DNA of 64,000 bases from a virus: positions 18,903-82,902 of the IMG/VR virus record IMGVR_UViG_3300045116_000678; one strand, given 5' to 3'. Position 1 is the stretch's first letter; the number at the start of each line of letters is the position of its first letter. The translations under genes and the position numbers were made by a program. The notes under the pieces were generated by a model that had not been told where the DNA came from, did not search any database, and saw only the letters and a program-made list of their open reading frames with translations. Positions 9,292-18,627 of this stretch are shown here, in pieces.

Positions 9292-9990
9292 CTACCAGCA
9301 GCGATTCACATGCGGCTCGTCAGCCCTGCTGTCCTTGCGGAGGTCGGCGTCCGGCCGCAGGCCGAAGTACTGTTCGAACAGGCCCAGCTCCCGCGACGCC
9401 CGCGATGCATCGAGCGTGTCCGCGTCCTGCTTGCTGTACGCGCGATAGAGCGCCCAGTGAACGAGAAACCGGTGATGGACAGGCGCAACCTCGGGCTTGG
9501 CGTTCTTGTTGTCCGCGCTGAACGGCTTCAGCGGCAGCCGAAGGCCTTCGAGGTGCAGAACGTAGTCGCGGCTGATGAGCGCAGGCAGCAGGATCCGCGA
9601 ATCTTCCTGGATGAGGTGCCTGGGCGCGTCGCGCTCGGTGCGCCAGTCCGGGTCGATCTCGTTCATGCGATCGAGCGACACCACCTCCAGCACGCAGCCG
9701 CGGCGCTCGGTCGTCACGGGCACCGTCGTGAGGTCGGTCACCCGGAAGAGCTCGGCCCGCGTGATCTCGAAGAAGAGCGTGAACGGGTAGCCGGACTGGC
9801 CGGGCACCACGCGCACCGTGGTGGCGTCGGGCAGGAGGCGCTTGCGGATAGCGGCCTCCTCCTGCGCCTCGGTCAGCCAGCTAGCGACCGCGGTATCCGA
9901 CCAGAGGACGTCGTCGGAGCGCCCGGTGACGTCCCGCGCCTGGTCGTCCGAATCCTCGCGGAAGGCCGCGATCAGCTGTTCGAGCGTCAT
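9292..9990 (-). CDS. Head-tail adaptor protein
   Basis: MTLEQLI..FR..DD..LWSD..WL.EAQ.EA; LVHWALYRAYSKQD motif of podovirus adaptors. Confidence 0.7.
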   Translation of the reverse strand: MTLEQLIAAFREDSDDQARDVTGRSDDVLWSDTAVASWLTEAQEEAAIRKRLLPDATTVRVVPGQSGYPFTLFFEITRAELFRVTDLTTVPVTTERRGCVLEVVSLDRMNEIDPDWRTERDAPRHLIQEDSRILLPALISRDYVLHLEGLRLPLKPFSADNKNAKPEVAPVHHRFLVHWALYRAYSKQDADTLDASRASRELGLFEQYFGLRPDADLRKDSRADEPHVNRCW

Positions 9991-9991
9991 C

Positions 9992-10423
9992 TCAGACCGG
10001 GCCGAACTGGTCGATCAGGCCGATGACGCGCGAGCGCATGTTGTCCAGGCTGAGCGTCTTGGGCACCGTCTGGTCGTACTTCGTCTTCGCGAAGTCCTGC
10101 AGCGCGTCCTTGTCCATCAGCTGCACCTGGTCGCGCAGGTCTTGGAGCTTGGCTGCATTCGCCTCCTGCTCCTTGCGCTTCTGTTCGGCCTTGGCCAGCT
10201 TGTCCGCCGTATCGTCCTTGGTGGCGTCCGTCTTCGTCGGCTTCTTCGCGTCGGCGGGCGCCTGTTCGAAGACGTCCGTGTGACGGAGGAACTTGCGGCC
10301 GACCTCGGCGGGCACCTCTCGCACTTGGTCCGTGACGAAAGTGAGGCCAGTGCCGTAGTTGCGATCGGTGAACTCCGGCCGACGGCCGATGTACTTGACG
10401 TGGACCGTGATGGCGTCAGGCAT
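9992..10423 (-). CDS. Hypothetical head-region protein
   Basis: GAGGAG RBS; 143 aa. Confidence 0.65.
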   Translation of the reverse strand: MPDAITVHVKYIGRRPEFTDRNYGTGLTFVTDQVREVPAEVGRKFLRHTDVFEQAPADAKKPTKTDATKDDTADKLAKAEQKRKEQEANAAKLQDLRDQVQLMDKDALQDFAKTKYDQTVPKTLSLDNMRSRVIGLIDQFGPV

Positions 10424-10448
10424 GTGGAACTCCTCGAGATGGGGGAAA

Positions 10449-10472
10449 GGAAAGGGGCCGAAGCCCCTTCCC
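10449..10472 (-). terminator. Probable intrinsic terminator after head genes
   Basis: GGGAAGGGGC-TTCG-GCCCCTTTCC followed by TTT. Confidence 0.5.
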
Positions 10473-10486
10473 TACTGGCGTCGCGC

Positions 10487-10960
10487 TCAGCGCGGGCCGG
10501 TGAGCTCGCCGTACACCAGCACCTTGATGTCGCTGGCCTTGGCGTTGGCGGCACCGGCGATGGTGAGGATCAGGCGGGCGGGCTTCGGCAGCGTCACCAG
10601 CTTCGAGCCGGCGGCGCGCACGCGGCCGGCGGCGTTGAGTGCGAGGCCGGCGCCGAAGTAGGCAGCGTCCTGGGGCACGCCTGCGTCATCCACGCCGTCC
10701 TCGTACTTGAAGCCGAGCGAGCCGGTGACGGCGGCGGTCATCGCAGTGGTGATGAGCGCCTGGGCGTCCTCCAGGCGCATGCCCTCGGGCAGGCCGCCCA
10801 GATCCACGACGTCGCCGATGGCGAGCGCAGCTGCGGAATCCGAGTTGTCGGCAGAGCCGCTGGCCAGCGTCTTCAGGCCGAAGGCGAGCGTCGACAGGTT
10901 GCCGTAGGGGTTCGGGCCGAACTGACGGCCGCGGAAGTGCTTGAGCTTGATGGTTGCCAT
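10487..10960 (-). CDS. Capsid decoration/cement-like protein
   Basis: 157-aa beta-rich ORF directly after MCP; GGAGG RBS. Confidence 0.6.
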   Translation of the reverse strand: MATIKLKHFRGRQFGPNPYGNLSTLAFGLKTLASGSADNSDSAAALAIGDVVDLGGLPEGMRLEDAQALITTAMTAAVTGSLGFKYEDGVDDAGVPQDAAYFGAGLALNAAGRVRAAGSKLVTLPKPARLILTIAGAANAKASDIKVLVYGELTGPR

Positions 10961-11023
10961 GTTGGCCTCCAGGGAAGTGGGGGAGTCAGTGGGGCGGGCC
11001 GGCCGAAGCCAGCCCGCGGGCCA

Positions 11024-12319
11024 TCACTTGCGGGCGCCGATGATCGGGACCGCCGTGTCGATGACCGTCACGCCGTAGTCGGTGATTTCCTTGCCTTCGC
11101 CGGTGTCCACCTCGAAACGGATCTTCGAGACGCCGCGGATGGCGCCCAGCAGCAGTTCCACCTTGTCGCCGTGGTCCAGCTCCTTCTCGCTCCAGAAGAA
11201 CGGGATGCCGCCACGGTCTTCGCCAGCGCTGGCCATCGCTTCCGCGACCGCCTGGCCGCCGAGCAGGATGGCCCGGTCGATGGCGAAGTTGGTGCCGAAG
11301 CCGGCGGGCACGACGCACGTGCTTTCGGCCTCGCTGTCGAACGCTGCGCAGTAGCGGATCGTGTCGCCAGCGTAGAACCGGATGGGGCGGTTCTGCTTGA
11401 CGATCAGGATGCCGTTCCACAGACCCACGTCGCCGGTGAACAGCGGGTGGTTCTGCATGCGCGAGGCGCGGGCGAGCGCCGAGGCCTGGAACTGACGGAA
11501 GCTCGGGTCGGTGGCGAAGCCGCTGTACTGGGCGGGCGACACCAGCAGCACCCGCAGCGGGCTGTCGTCAGCGGCCGGATCGCCCTCGAACTTCACGACG
11601 GGCGGCGGCAGCGCGATCTGCTCCATGTAGGTGCGGACGGCGTCGACCGTGTCCATCTTGAACAGGTCGGTGGTCTGCAGGTCCACCTCGCCGGCGTTCA
11701 CCGTGAAGGGCTTGATGGCGCCGGCGTCGGCGATGAAGTGCCGGTTCTTGGTCGGCGCCTTCACGGGGTTCACCATGATCTCGGCGAAATCCGAATCGGC
11801 CTCGGTGGGCACGACCCACTCGATGTTGTTCTGGAAGCCACGGGCGCCGGCGGCATGGGCCAGCAGCGACTGGTCCACGTACTTGTCCATCAGGCCCTGC
11901 GCGACCGGGCGGCCGAGCGCGCGGAAGTCCGCCGGGCTGCGGATCTGCGTCATGACGTCGCCGAGGTCGACGGGGAAGCGCGCCTGGTTGACGCGCAGCT
12001 TGTCCTCGGACAGTTTCATGCCGACGCCACGGCCCTCGGCGACCTTGCTGCCCATGATCGGCTTGGCGCCGACCGGGTTCAGCAGGTGGAAGGTGACTTC
12101 GTCTCCGCGGTTCTTGCCGAGATCCTGGCAGCGCACGACGGGCATGTGCTGGGACGTCTGCTTGCGGATGGTGGCGACAGCGCCGGCCGTGCCCTTCGGC
12201 ATGGCACCCGTAAGGCGGTTCCAGGTGGAGTTCCGCTGGTTGTGGGTGGCGAACAGGCCGACCGCCTGTTGCACCAAGGCCTTCGGATCGCCGTAGGCCA
12301 TGTGGGTCTTCGTGGTCAC
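11024..12319 (-). CDS. Major capsid protein, N4-gp56/DUF4043 family
   Basis: DLGKNRGDEVTF, AEGRG, NHPLFTGDVGLWNGILI, RAILLGGQA, DYGV motifs. Confidence 0.9.
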   Translation of the reverse strand: MTTKTHMAYGDPKALVQQAVGLFATHNQRNSTWNRLTGAMPKGTAGAVATIRKQTSQHMPVVRCQDLGKNRGDEVTFHLLNPVGAKPIMGSKVAEGRGVGMKLSEDKLRVNQARFPVDLGDVMTQIRSPADFRALGRPVAQGLMDKYVDQSLLAHAAGARGFQNNIEWVVPTEADSDFAEIMVNPVKAPTKNRHFIADAGAIKPFTVNAGEVDLQTTDLFKMDTVDAVRTYMEQIALPPPVVKFEGDPAADDSPLRVLLVSPAQYSGFATDPSFRQFQASALARASRMQNHPLFTGDVGLWNGILIVKQNRPIRFYAGDTIRYCAAFDSEAESTCVVPAGFGTNFAIDRAILLGGQAVAEAMASAGEDRGGIPFFWSEKELDHGDKVELLLGAIRGVSKIRFEVDTGEGKEITDYGVTVIDTAVPIIGARK

Positions 12320-12372
12320 TGTGGACCTCCTTCAGTGGGACAGGCGCCACCTCCCGGTGGTGCCGTTGGCAA

Positions 12373-13455
12373 TCAGAGTTGCCGGTTCAGGAAAGCCTCG
12401 ATCTGCGCGGGCGTCATGGATGCCATCCGCTCCGACATATCGGGGCCGCTCAATCCAGCGAGCTGCTCGTCCGCACTGAGCCCGGAGGGTCGGCCGCCCG
12501 GAAGGTCCGAGAGGCTGACCGGCACCGGCGTCGGTGCGGCTTGAGCCGCCGCCTTGGCCTGGGCCTTCACGTCGCCAGCGGGCGCCGTGTCGGCCTGGGC
12601 CGGAGCTCGTCCAGAGGACGCTTTGAAGGTGTCGAAGAGCTCGATGACCGCACCGGTGTCACCACCGGTCAGTACGTCGCGGTAGCCCGGCTGCGCGAAC
12701 TTGGGTTGCTTGGCAATCCAGTCCTGCAGCTCCTTGCTCTCGAAGATGGAATCGGCATCCGGGTGCGCCTTGTAGATCGCTTGGTAGTGCGCCTGGGTGT
12801 CGTTGGCGGCCTGCGACTGCTGGAAGGGCTTGAGCGCCTCCCCGACCTTCGCGTTCACCACCTCTGCCACCCGTGCCGCGACCTGCGCGTCCACCAGTTG
12901 CTGGATGCCTCTGGCCATCGCCTCCTCGGAGAAGTCCCCGAAAATCGCCGGGTCGACACCCTTGTCGATGGCCGCTTGCGCAGCCGCGACTTGGTTGTCC
13001 ACCGCGGTCGGCGCTTGTCCCGCGTCGACGCGCTGCTGGGCTTGGGCCCTGAGGCCTTCCAACTCCTTCAGCGCGGCGGCGTGGGCGCTTTCGGCCTGTT
13101 CGGCCTTCGCCTTCCATTGCTTCTCGCCGTCCCGCGCGGCCACCAGCTTCTCGTACGGGATGGTGTGGACACCATCCTTCGCCTGGATCACCGTCTTCGA
13201 CGGATCCTTCGGCTCGTCCAAGTCACCATCGGCGGCTGCCGCGGGCTTGCTCTCTTCCTTCGTCTGGTCCTTGACGCCGTCGGGGTTGGCTTCGCCTGCA
13301 GCAGGGGTCGCGTCGGGCTTCGCGTCCAGTTCCGGCTTGGTGCCGGTATCGCCCTGTTCGGCCAGTTCGAGGAGCTGGGCCGCCTGTTGCGGGGTGAGCG
13401 TGCCGTGCTCGGCGTGCTGCTGAATGAACTCGTCTTGTGCTGCTGTGATCGTCAT
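12373..13455 (-). CDS. Scaffolding protein
   Basis: Between portal and MCP; acidic/helical; KDGVHTIPYEKL; C-terminal SLSDLPGG...M. Confidence 0.8.
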   Translation of the reverse strand: MTITAAQDEFIQQHAEHGTLTPQQAAQLLELAEQGDTGTKPELDAKPDATPAAGEANPDGVKDQTKEESKPAAAADGDLDEPKDPSKTVIQAKDGVHTIPYEKLVAARDGEKQWKAKAEQAESAHAAALKELEGLRAQAQQRVDAGQAPTAVDNQVAAAQAAIDKGVDPAIFGDFSEEAMARGIQQLVDAQVAARVAEVVNAKVGEALKPFQQSQAANDTQAHYQAIYKAHPDADSIFESKELQDWIAKQPKFAQPGYRDVLTGGDTGAVIELFDTFKASSGRAPAQADTAPAGDVKAQAKAAAQAAPTPVPVSLSDLPGGRPSGLSADEQLAGLSGPDMSERMASMTPAQIEAFLNRQL

Positions 13456-13499
13456 GCCTGTCCCGCCACATGTCGCCGTGGCCGCAAGGGGCAGCATTT

Positions 13500-13626
13500 G
13501 GGTGGCAGGCACGGGCCGAAGCCCGCGCCCACAGCCCTCCAGCTATGGGAACCTCCTCTCGGAGGCTTTGCCGCACCATCACGGTGGGGCGCTTCGCCTT
13601 CGGCTTTCGCGTCTGGCTTGGGCTGC
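13500..13626 (-). ncRNA. Structured 5' leader RNA of the scaffold-capsid operon
   Basis: GCAGCCC/GGGCTGT closing stem enclosing three hairpins, then a 10-bp TTCG hairpin. Confidence 0.5.
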
Positions 13627-13667
13627 ACTTTGCCGGCACGCGGCGTGATCTGGAAACCCTACAGGGG
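13627..13667 (-). promoter_or_regulatory. Late promoter copy 3
   Basis: CCCCTGTAGGG-N24-CAAAGT. Confidence 0.7.
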
Positions 13668-13797
13668 GGCAGCTTTGACTGTGAGTCGCGCAAGCCATCA
13701 CGAACGCGCCAGCGGCCCGGCGGTTTAGCCTTTAGCACTTTCGCTTGACTCAGGAGACCAAAAAGAGGATTCTCACCGCGAGGACAAGGAGTAGAGT

Positions 13798-14904
13798 ATG
13801 AGAAGAACTTGGGTGCTTTTCTTACTGGCGTTTTCTAGCGTCTGGCTAGCCAGTTGCGGGTCGGACTATAAAAGGCCGCAACCTCCGCCCTTGGTCAAAT
13901 GCACTTCTGCAAAGGACTGCACTGACATACTTCCCATTGAGCAGAGTGTTTGCGGATGGAGCGCTGAATCCACGGTAGACACTGGCAAGTGGGGACGTGT
14001 TGGGGGGAGTCCGTCTTTGAACCAATGGCGACTCTACAACTTTGACGCACAGCGCGATGTTTCGGCGGTGGTCAAGGTTCACATCGAAACTCAATTGCCA
14101 GAAGCCCCCACCGAAAAATACATTCCGTATTTCCTCAAGGCGCGTCCCAAAGACGGCACTATCAAGGGGGGGCGTCCAGACTCAATCGACACAGCTGGAC
14201 CATACGCCTACCTCGGATGCGAGTGGGTTCGAAGAGTCGATAACACAATCATTCGGTACACGTACCAGGTAGTCAGCGCATGCTACGTGAACGACCCCAA
14301 CTGCCCGGCACAACCGCCCTATGAAAAGCCCGAGCAACGGCCTCCGGTTGAGGATGAGCTGGCTAGATGCGAGGTCGCATGCTCCAGCGGAGATCCGAGA
14401 AAATGCCTCGCCTACGATTTAAGCGCTCCTATCGCGTCAACACCAGCACGGCGGATGAATCAGATTGCCGTCCAGTTGCGTGACAACCCGATTCCATTCG
14501 GCGTAGACATGTCTCCGCTACTGGATGCAATTGACAACGCTACCGGGGCAAGCTGCAGAGGTCGGCAACTTACGATAGGTGAACAGGGGGAGGCGGTTGC
14601 GTTTGGGCAAGCCTGCAGGTTTCAGTTAGCCACTCCTGCAAAGACGCCCCCGGATCTTCAGCTCCTCATGCTGGACGTTCCAAACGTCGTGTCTGGTCAA
14701 TTCACGCGCGGAGCAACTGCGCCAGTGCTGCCCAAGATCCAGTGGAGCTCAGAGAATTCTCCGACCATTGACTACTATGCAAACGGATCCACTGGAGGCA
14801 AGACCGGCACCGAGTCGATAGCCGCAATCTACGTGGGAACATCAAGAATGCTGATCGCCGGAAAAGAGAAGTTCTGCGCCCGCGTCAACTACACCGGGGG
14901 CTGA
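13798..14904 (+). CDS. Cys-rich lipoprotein moron
   Basis: AAGGAG RBS; signal peptide with lipobox LASC; opposite strand; visibly lower GC. Confidence 0.75.
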   Translation: MRRTWVLFLLAFSSVWLASCGSDYKRPQPPPLVKCTSAKDCTDILPIEQSVCGWSAESTVDTGKWGRVGGSPSLNQWRLYNFDAQRDVSAVVKVHIETQLPEAPTEKYIPYFLKARPKDGTIKGGRPDSIDTAGPYAYLGCEWVRRVDNTIIRYTYQVVSACYVNDPNCPAQPPYEKPEQRPPVEDELARCEVACSSGDPRKCLAYDLSAPIASTPARRMNQIAVQLRDNPIPFGVDMSPLLDAIDNATGASCRGRQLTIGEQGEAVAFGQACRFQLATPAKTPPDLQLLMLDVPNVVSGQFTRGATAPVLPKIQWSSENSPTIDYYANGSTGGKTGTESIAAIYVGTSRMLIAGKEKFCARVNYTGG

Positions 14905-15322
14905 CCCTAGCGCGGCCCGCGCGCTCGAGGATCTGCCTACACAGCAGCAACGCCGCGGCGGCGGGCCATGACGGGTTCGTGGGTGCGATGGGAAACGGGT
15001 TGTGCTCCCGGATGGACGCCTCGATGGCGATCGCCAGCCAGTACGGCATGGGCATCGGTTGCGGCGCGGGGCCCCGCATGGCCTCGGCAGGTCCGCCCAC
15101 CTCCAGCGGCTTGAAGACCTGCACGTCACCCCACCTGCCGAGTTCGCAGGCGATGAGCAGCGCGCCCTGCGGCGTGGCCGGCAACTTGTCCACCACCTCG
15201 CAGTAGTCGGGCAGAGCACCACCCTCGGATTCAAGGTGTGCGGCCAGCCAGGGCGGCACCATGATCTTGATCGGTTCGACTTCGTTCATGCGCGCAAAGC
15301 ACCAAGCCCTGTGGTCTGACAT
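14885..15322 (-). CDS. Hypothetical late protein (start uncertain)
   Basis: Only plausible ORF downstream of late promoter copy 4. Confidence 0.5.
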   Translation of the reverse strand: MSDHRAWCFARMNEVEPIKIMVPPWLAAHLESEGGALPDYCEVVDKLPATPQGALLIACELGRWGDVQVFKPLEVGGPAEAMRGPAPQPMPMPYWLAIAIEASIREHNPFPIAPTNPSWPAAAALLLCRQILERAGRARVSPRCS

Positions 15323-15413
15323 CCCCGGTAGCGGCCGGTCCCCTTGCGGGGTGGGATGCCAGAGCACAGGGCTCTGTGGTTGATCGTCTTGGCCGCTACC
15401 CGTCGATAGGCCA

Positions 15414-15454
15414 ATGGTCTTCCGGGGCGGCTGTGAAACCGAACCCTACAGGGG
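15414..15454 (-). promoter_or_regulatory. Late promoter copy 4
   Basis: CCCCTGTAGGG-N24-GACCAT. Confidence 0.7.
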
Positions 15455-15472
15455 TGCTGTCAGAATCCTCCG

Positions 15473-16285
15473 ATGCCCAAGAGAAACGCGAAGTTCTCCG
15501 TTCTACAGCCCGACCGCCTAAAGGAACTGGTGGAGGCAAATCAACGAGCGTTGAACAATCTCGCGGACGCACTTGAGAGGTTTTCTCCGGAACAACTGCC
15601 TTTCCTTGAGCCGGTGCGAGCCTCAGCAAATAGGGTTGCTCAGACGGCGCGTGAAGTCTCCGAGGCGTGGGATCAACTACCCAATGAGTACCGAGCCGCC
15701 TTGCTTGTTCTCGCGCACGAAGGGTGGTATTTCGACCTGGAAGCGATGGAGTTCGGAACGCCTCTTGAAATCGCAAACAGCTTTCAGTCCGGCGATAGAG
15801 AGACAGCCGAGACTCATCTTTGTGACCACTATCGCGATCGTCTAAATGAGATCGAACAGCAACTGACGAAGTGGTTTCCCTCGCGTTTGGCCATATTCAG
15901 AGATGCGTTTCGCGCCCATCGGCAGGGGCTCTATTTCGCGTCAATCCCTCTGTTGCTGTCGCAGATCGACGGCGTGTGCCATGACCTCTCAGACTATTAC
16001 TTCTTCACGAAGCCACGCGGTGAAAGACGGACTGGCGTGTCGCCATTCATCGAGCAGAAAGGTCTAAGCGAAATCAACTTGGCGTTGCTTGCGCCGTTGA
16101 TGGCTGAGCACAGCATCCTCCTAGGTGAAAACCGACGCCCAGCAAATTTCTCCCAGTTGAATAGACATCAGGTATTGCATGGGGAGTCGCTGGACTATGG
16201 AAGCGAGCTCAACAGCTTGCGCTCCATCTCGCTCCTTCACTATCTGGCGTCCTGCTTGCACTACTTCGTCCTTCGCAAGAATTAG
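15473..16285 (+). CDS. Moron with HEPN-like RxxxxH motif
   Basis: SIPLLLSQIDG...LNRHQVLHG; lower GC; opposite strand. Confidence 0.65.
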   Translation: MPKRNAKFSVLQPDRLKELVEANQRALNNLADALERFSPEQLPFLEPVRASANRVAQTAREVSEAWDQLPNEYRAALLVLAHEGWYFDLEAMEFGTPLEIANSFQSGDRETAETHLCDHYRDRLNEIEQQLTKWFPSRLAIFRDAFRAHRQGLYFASIPLLLSQIDGVCHDLSDYYFFTKPRGERRTGVSPFIEQKGLSEINLALLAPLMAEHSILLGENRRPANFSQLNRHQVLHGESLDYGSELNSLRSISLLHYLASCLHYFVLRKN

Positions 16286-16300
16286 GCTTGCACGTTCCGA

Positions 16301-18619
16301 TCAGGCGGCTTCCAGGTTGTCCGAGGTCCGCGCCGTCTCGATGCCCTGCCCTCCGTCGCCTGGCTCAGCTGCGCGCGGTGGGAATGTCGGACTGGTGTTC
16401 TCGCGCACGGGCGGCGCCGCAGCTGCCTCTTCCTGGGCGCCGGGCGCCGGCAGCATGGCCGGGCCCTGGCCCTGGATGTAGGGCGACTTGATGTTCATCG
16501 CCGCGGTCTGGGCAGGCACCGGGAAGTTCGGATCGTCGCCGCCGGGGTTGGGCCGCTGGTAGCCGGCGCCCTGCATGATGGCGTCGGCGATCGGCGCGAT
16601 CATGGGCATCTGGGCAACCTGAGCGCCGCCCTGCATCGCGGCGAAGGCCGCCTGCACGCCCACCTGCACCGCATCGGCCATCAGCTTGCGGATCTCGGCG
16701 TCGGTCTTCCGCTCCTTCATGTCGAGCTCGCGGGCCTTCAGGTCGTTGCCGGCCTTCACGAGTGCCTGCTGCACGGCTTCCTGGATGCGTCGCTCCACCT
16801 GCTCCGGCGTCTCTTGCGACCCGGCTGCCCGGATGGCCTCCACAACCTCGCGCTTGAACGGCACGTCCATGAGGCTGACCATGAACGGCATGACGGCGGC
16901 CTGGTACTGCTGCGGCAGGGACTTGACCGCCTCCGACATCGCGTTGAGCTGCTGGCCGCGGTAGCTGTTGGTGCTGGGCACGTCCTCGAGGGCCACCTTC
17001 AGGCGCGTGCGCTGGAGGTCGTTCGACAGGTAGGTCTGCCCGGTGACAGGATCCTGCTCGGGGCGGTTGATGACAACGGTGCGATCCTTGCGCACCGCGT
17101 CGCCCTCGATCACGACCACGGTCTGCTGGCTGCCGAGGTCTTCGACGATCATCGAGAGGAGCATTTCGCCAACCAGCGTACGGCCGGCGCGGAAGTTGTC
17201 CATGATGCGGCCGAGCGACTGGTTCGATTGCTCGACCTGGGTCTGCTCCTGGAGTCCAGATCGCGCGGTGCCCTTCTGCCCCATGAAGCCGGCCGTGACC
17301 GTGCTGACGCGCTGGATCGCGCCGCGGCTGTCCTCCAGCATCTTGTAGTGCTGCTCGGTCAGGGTGTAGTCGCGCTTCACTTCGAACCGCGCGCCTGGCT
17401 GCGCCATGTGCTGGGCATTGAGCACGACGTCGGCGTCGACGCGCGCGACCATGCGGCGGAACTGTGCGTCGGTCATATCCACCGCGCCCTTGGTGCGCTC
17501 GGTGCGCACTGCGGCCATACCCCAGCGCAGCTTGGCGATGCCGCTGTTCAGGCTGTCCTGCGGGAAGATCATGTCCCGCACGTAGCCGTACGGCACACGG
17601 GTCTCGTCCTCAGCGAAGCCGAAGAATGGGGCGTAGGGGAAGAAGCGATGGGTGTATGGGCTCGGCCCGTCGTGCAGGCAGTGAGGGCCAAGCCAGTAGC
17701 TGCGCCGCACGCGAGCCACAATCGCCCTTTGAGCCCGCACCAGCCCGCGCGCCAGGCTGATGTTGTGGGCAGGGTTGTCCTCGTCGTACTCCACGACACG
17801 GCCGTCCGGGGCGAAGAGGACGACGGCGTCCACCCAGCGGCGGTACCACAGCTCCGCCAGGCAGATCTCTCGGCTGGTCGGGTTGTACCAGCGGTCCTCG
17901 CTGATCGTCCATGCACGTGCCTGATCCCAAGCGTTGCGCAGCCCGGTCGATGCGCCGCCATCGAGAAAGCCTTGGGAGTAGAGGCTCCACCAGCCGCTGC
18001 CGTCCTTGCCCACTACGTCGATGAGTTCCGCATGCTCGGGGAATGAGCGCTTGAGGCGATCCGGCTGGAGCCACCGGGCCCGGCGGAGCCAGCGCCATTC
18101 CTCGGGGTCATCCGACTTCATGTCCCAGTGGATCTCGTTGCGGTGCACGGCGCGGCACCGATACGGATACTTGAACGGGTCGCTCTGCCGCGACACCTCC
18201 ACCCAGCCGATGCCCACGCCGATCTGGGGGCGGAAGGCGTCGCTGCAGGCGCGATCGGCCTTGGATTCGCGCTCGGCCTGGTTCAGCTTGTAGTTCAGCG
18301 CGTCAGCGACCTCTTGGCCGCCGGGCTCTCCGTTCGGGGTGACGCGCCAGTCGGTGCGGATCGTGGCCTCGTAGCCCTGGATGCTGAGCAGCGCCGGGCC
18401 CACCAGGTTCTCGACTGCCGGCGGGATGCCCAGCTGCTGCTGGCGGCGCAGCAGCTCGCTGTCCAGCTGGTTGCCGTCGGCGTAGTCCATCTCCTTGTCG
18501 GCGGTACCGCGCCACGGCGGCTGCATCTCGACCTCGTGCATGAACTCGGTGTATTCCGTCAGCGTCAGCGCCAACGGATCGGCGCCGGGCGCCGCAGGAG
18601 GGGTGGTGTGTTGCAGCAT
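16301..18619 (-). CDS. Portal protein
   Basis: After TerL; DYADGNQ, IGVGIGWVEV, PYGYVRDM..PQD..N motifs; GAGGA RBS. Confidence 0.88.
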   Translation of the reverse strand: MLQHTTPPAAPGADPLALTLTEYTEFMHEVEMQPPWRGTADKEMDYADGNQLDSELLRRQQQLGIPPAVENLVGPALLSIQGYEATIRTDWRVTPNGEPGGQEVADALNYKLNQAERESKADRACSDAFRPQIGVGIGWVEVSRQSDPFKYPYRCRAVHRNEIHWDMKSDDPEEWRWLRRARWLQPDRLKRSFPEHAELIDVVGKDGSGWWSLYSQGFLDGGASTGLRNAWDQARAWTISEDRWYNPTSREICLAELWYRRWVDAVVLFAPDGRVVEYDEDNPAHNISLARGLVRAQRAIVARVRRSYWLGPHCLHDGPSPYTHRFFPYAPFFGFAEDETRVPYGYVRDMIFPQDSLNSGIAKLRWGMAAVRTERTKGAVDMTDAQFRRMVARVDADVVLNAQHMAQPGARFEVKRDYTLTEQHYKMLEDSRGAIQRVSTVTAGFMGQKGTARSGLQEQTQVEQSNQSLGRIMDNFRAGRTLVGEMLLSMIVEDLGSQQTVVVIEGDAVRKDRTVVINRPEQDPVTGQTYLSNDLQRTRLKVALEDVPSTNSYRGQQLNAMSEAVKSLPQQYQAAVMPFMVSLMDVPFKREVVEAIRAAGSQETPEQVERRIQEAVQQALVKAGNDLKARELDMKERKTDAEIRKLMADAVQVGVQAAFAAMQGGAQVAQMPMIAPIADAIMQGAGYQRPNPGGDDPNFPVPAQTAAMNIKSPYIQGQGPAMLPAPGAQEEAAAAPPVRENTSPTFPPRAAEPGDGGQGIETARTSDNLEAA

Positions 18620-18627
18620 GTTCGTCC

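Noticed and set aside
9818-12544. 908-aa plus-strand ORF and similar long antisense ORFs (5253, 18871, 24170)
   Set aside because: Shadow frames of GC-rich genes with clear motifs on the other strand
13530-13615. c-di-GMP-I riboswitch (GCAAAGCCTCC match)
   Set aside because: Remaining GEMM architecture not present
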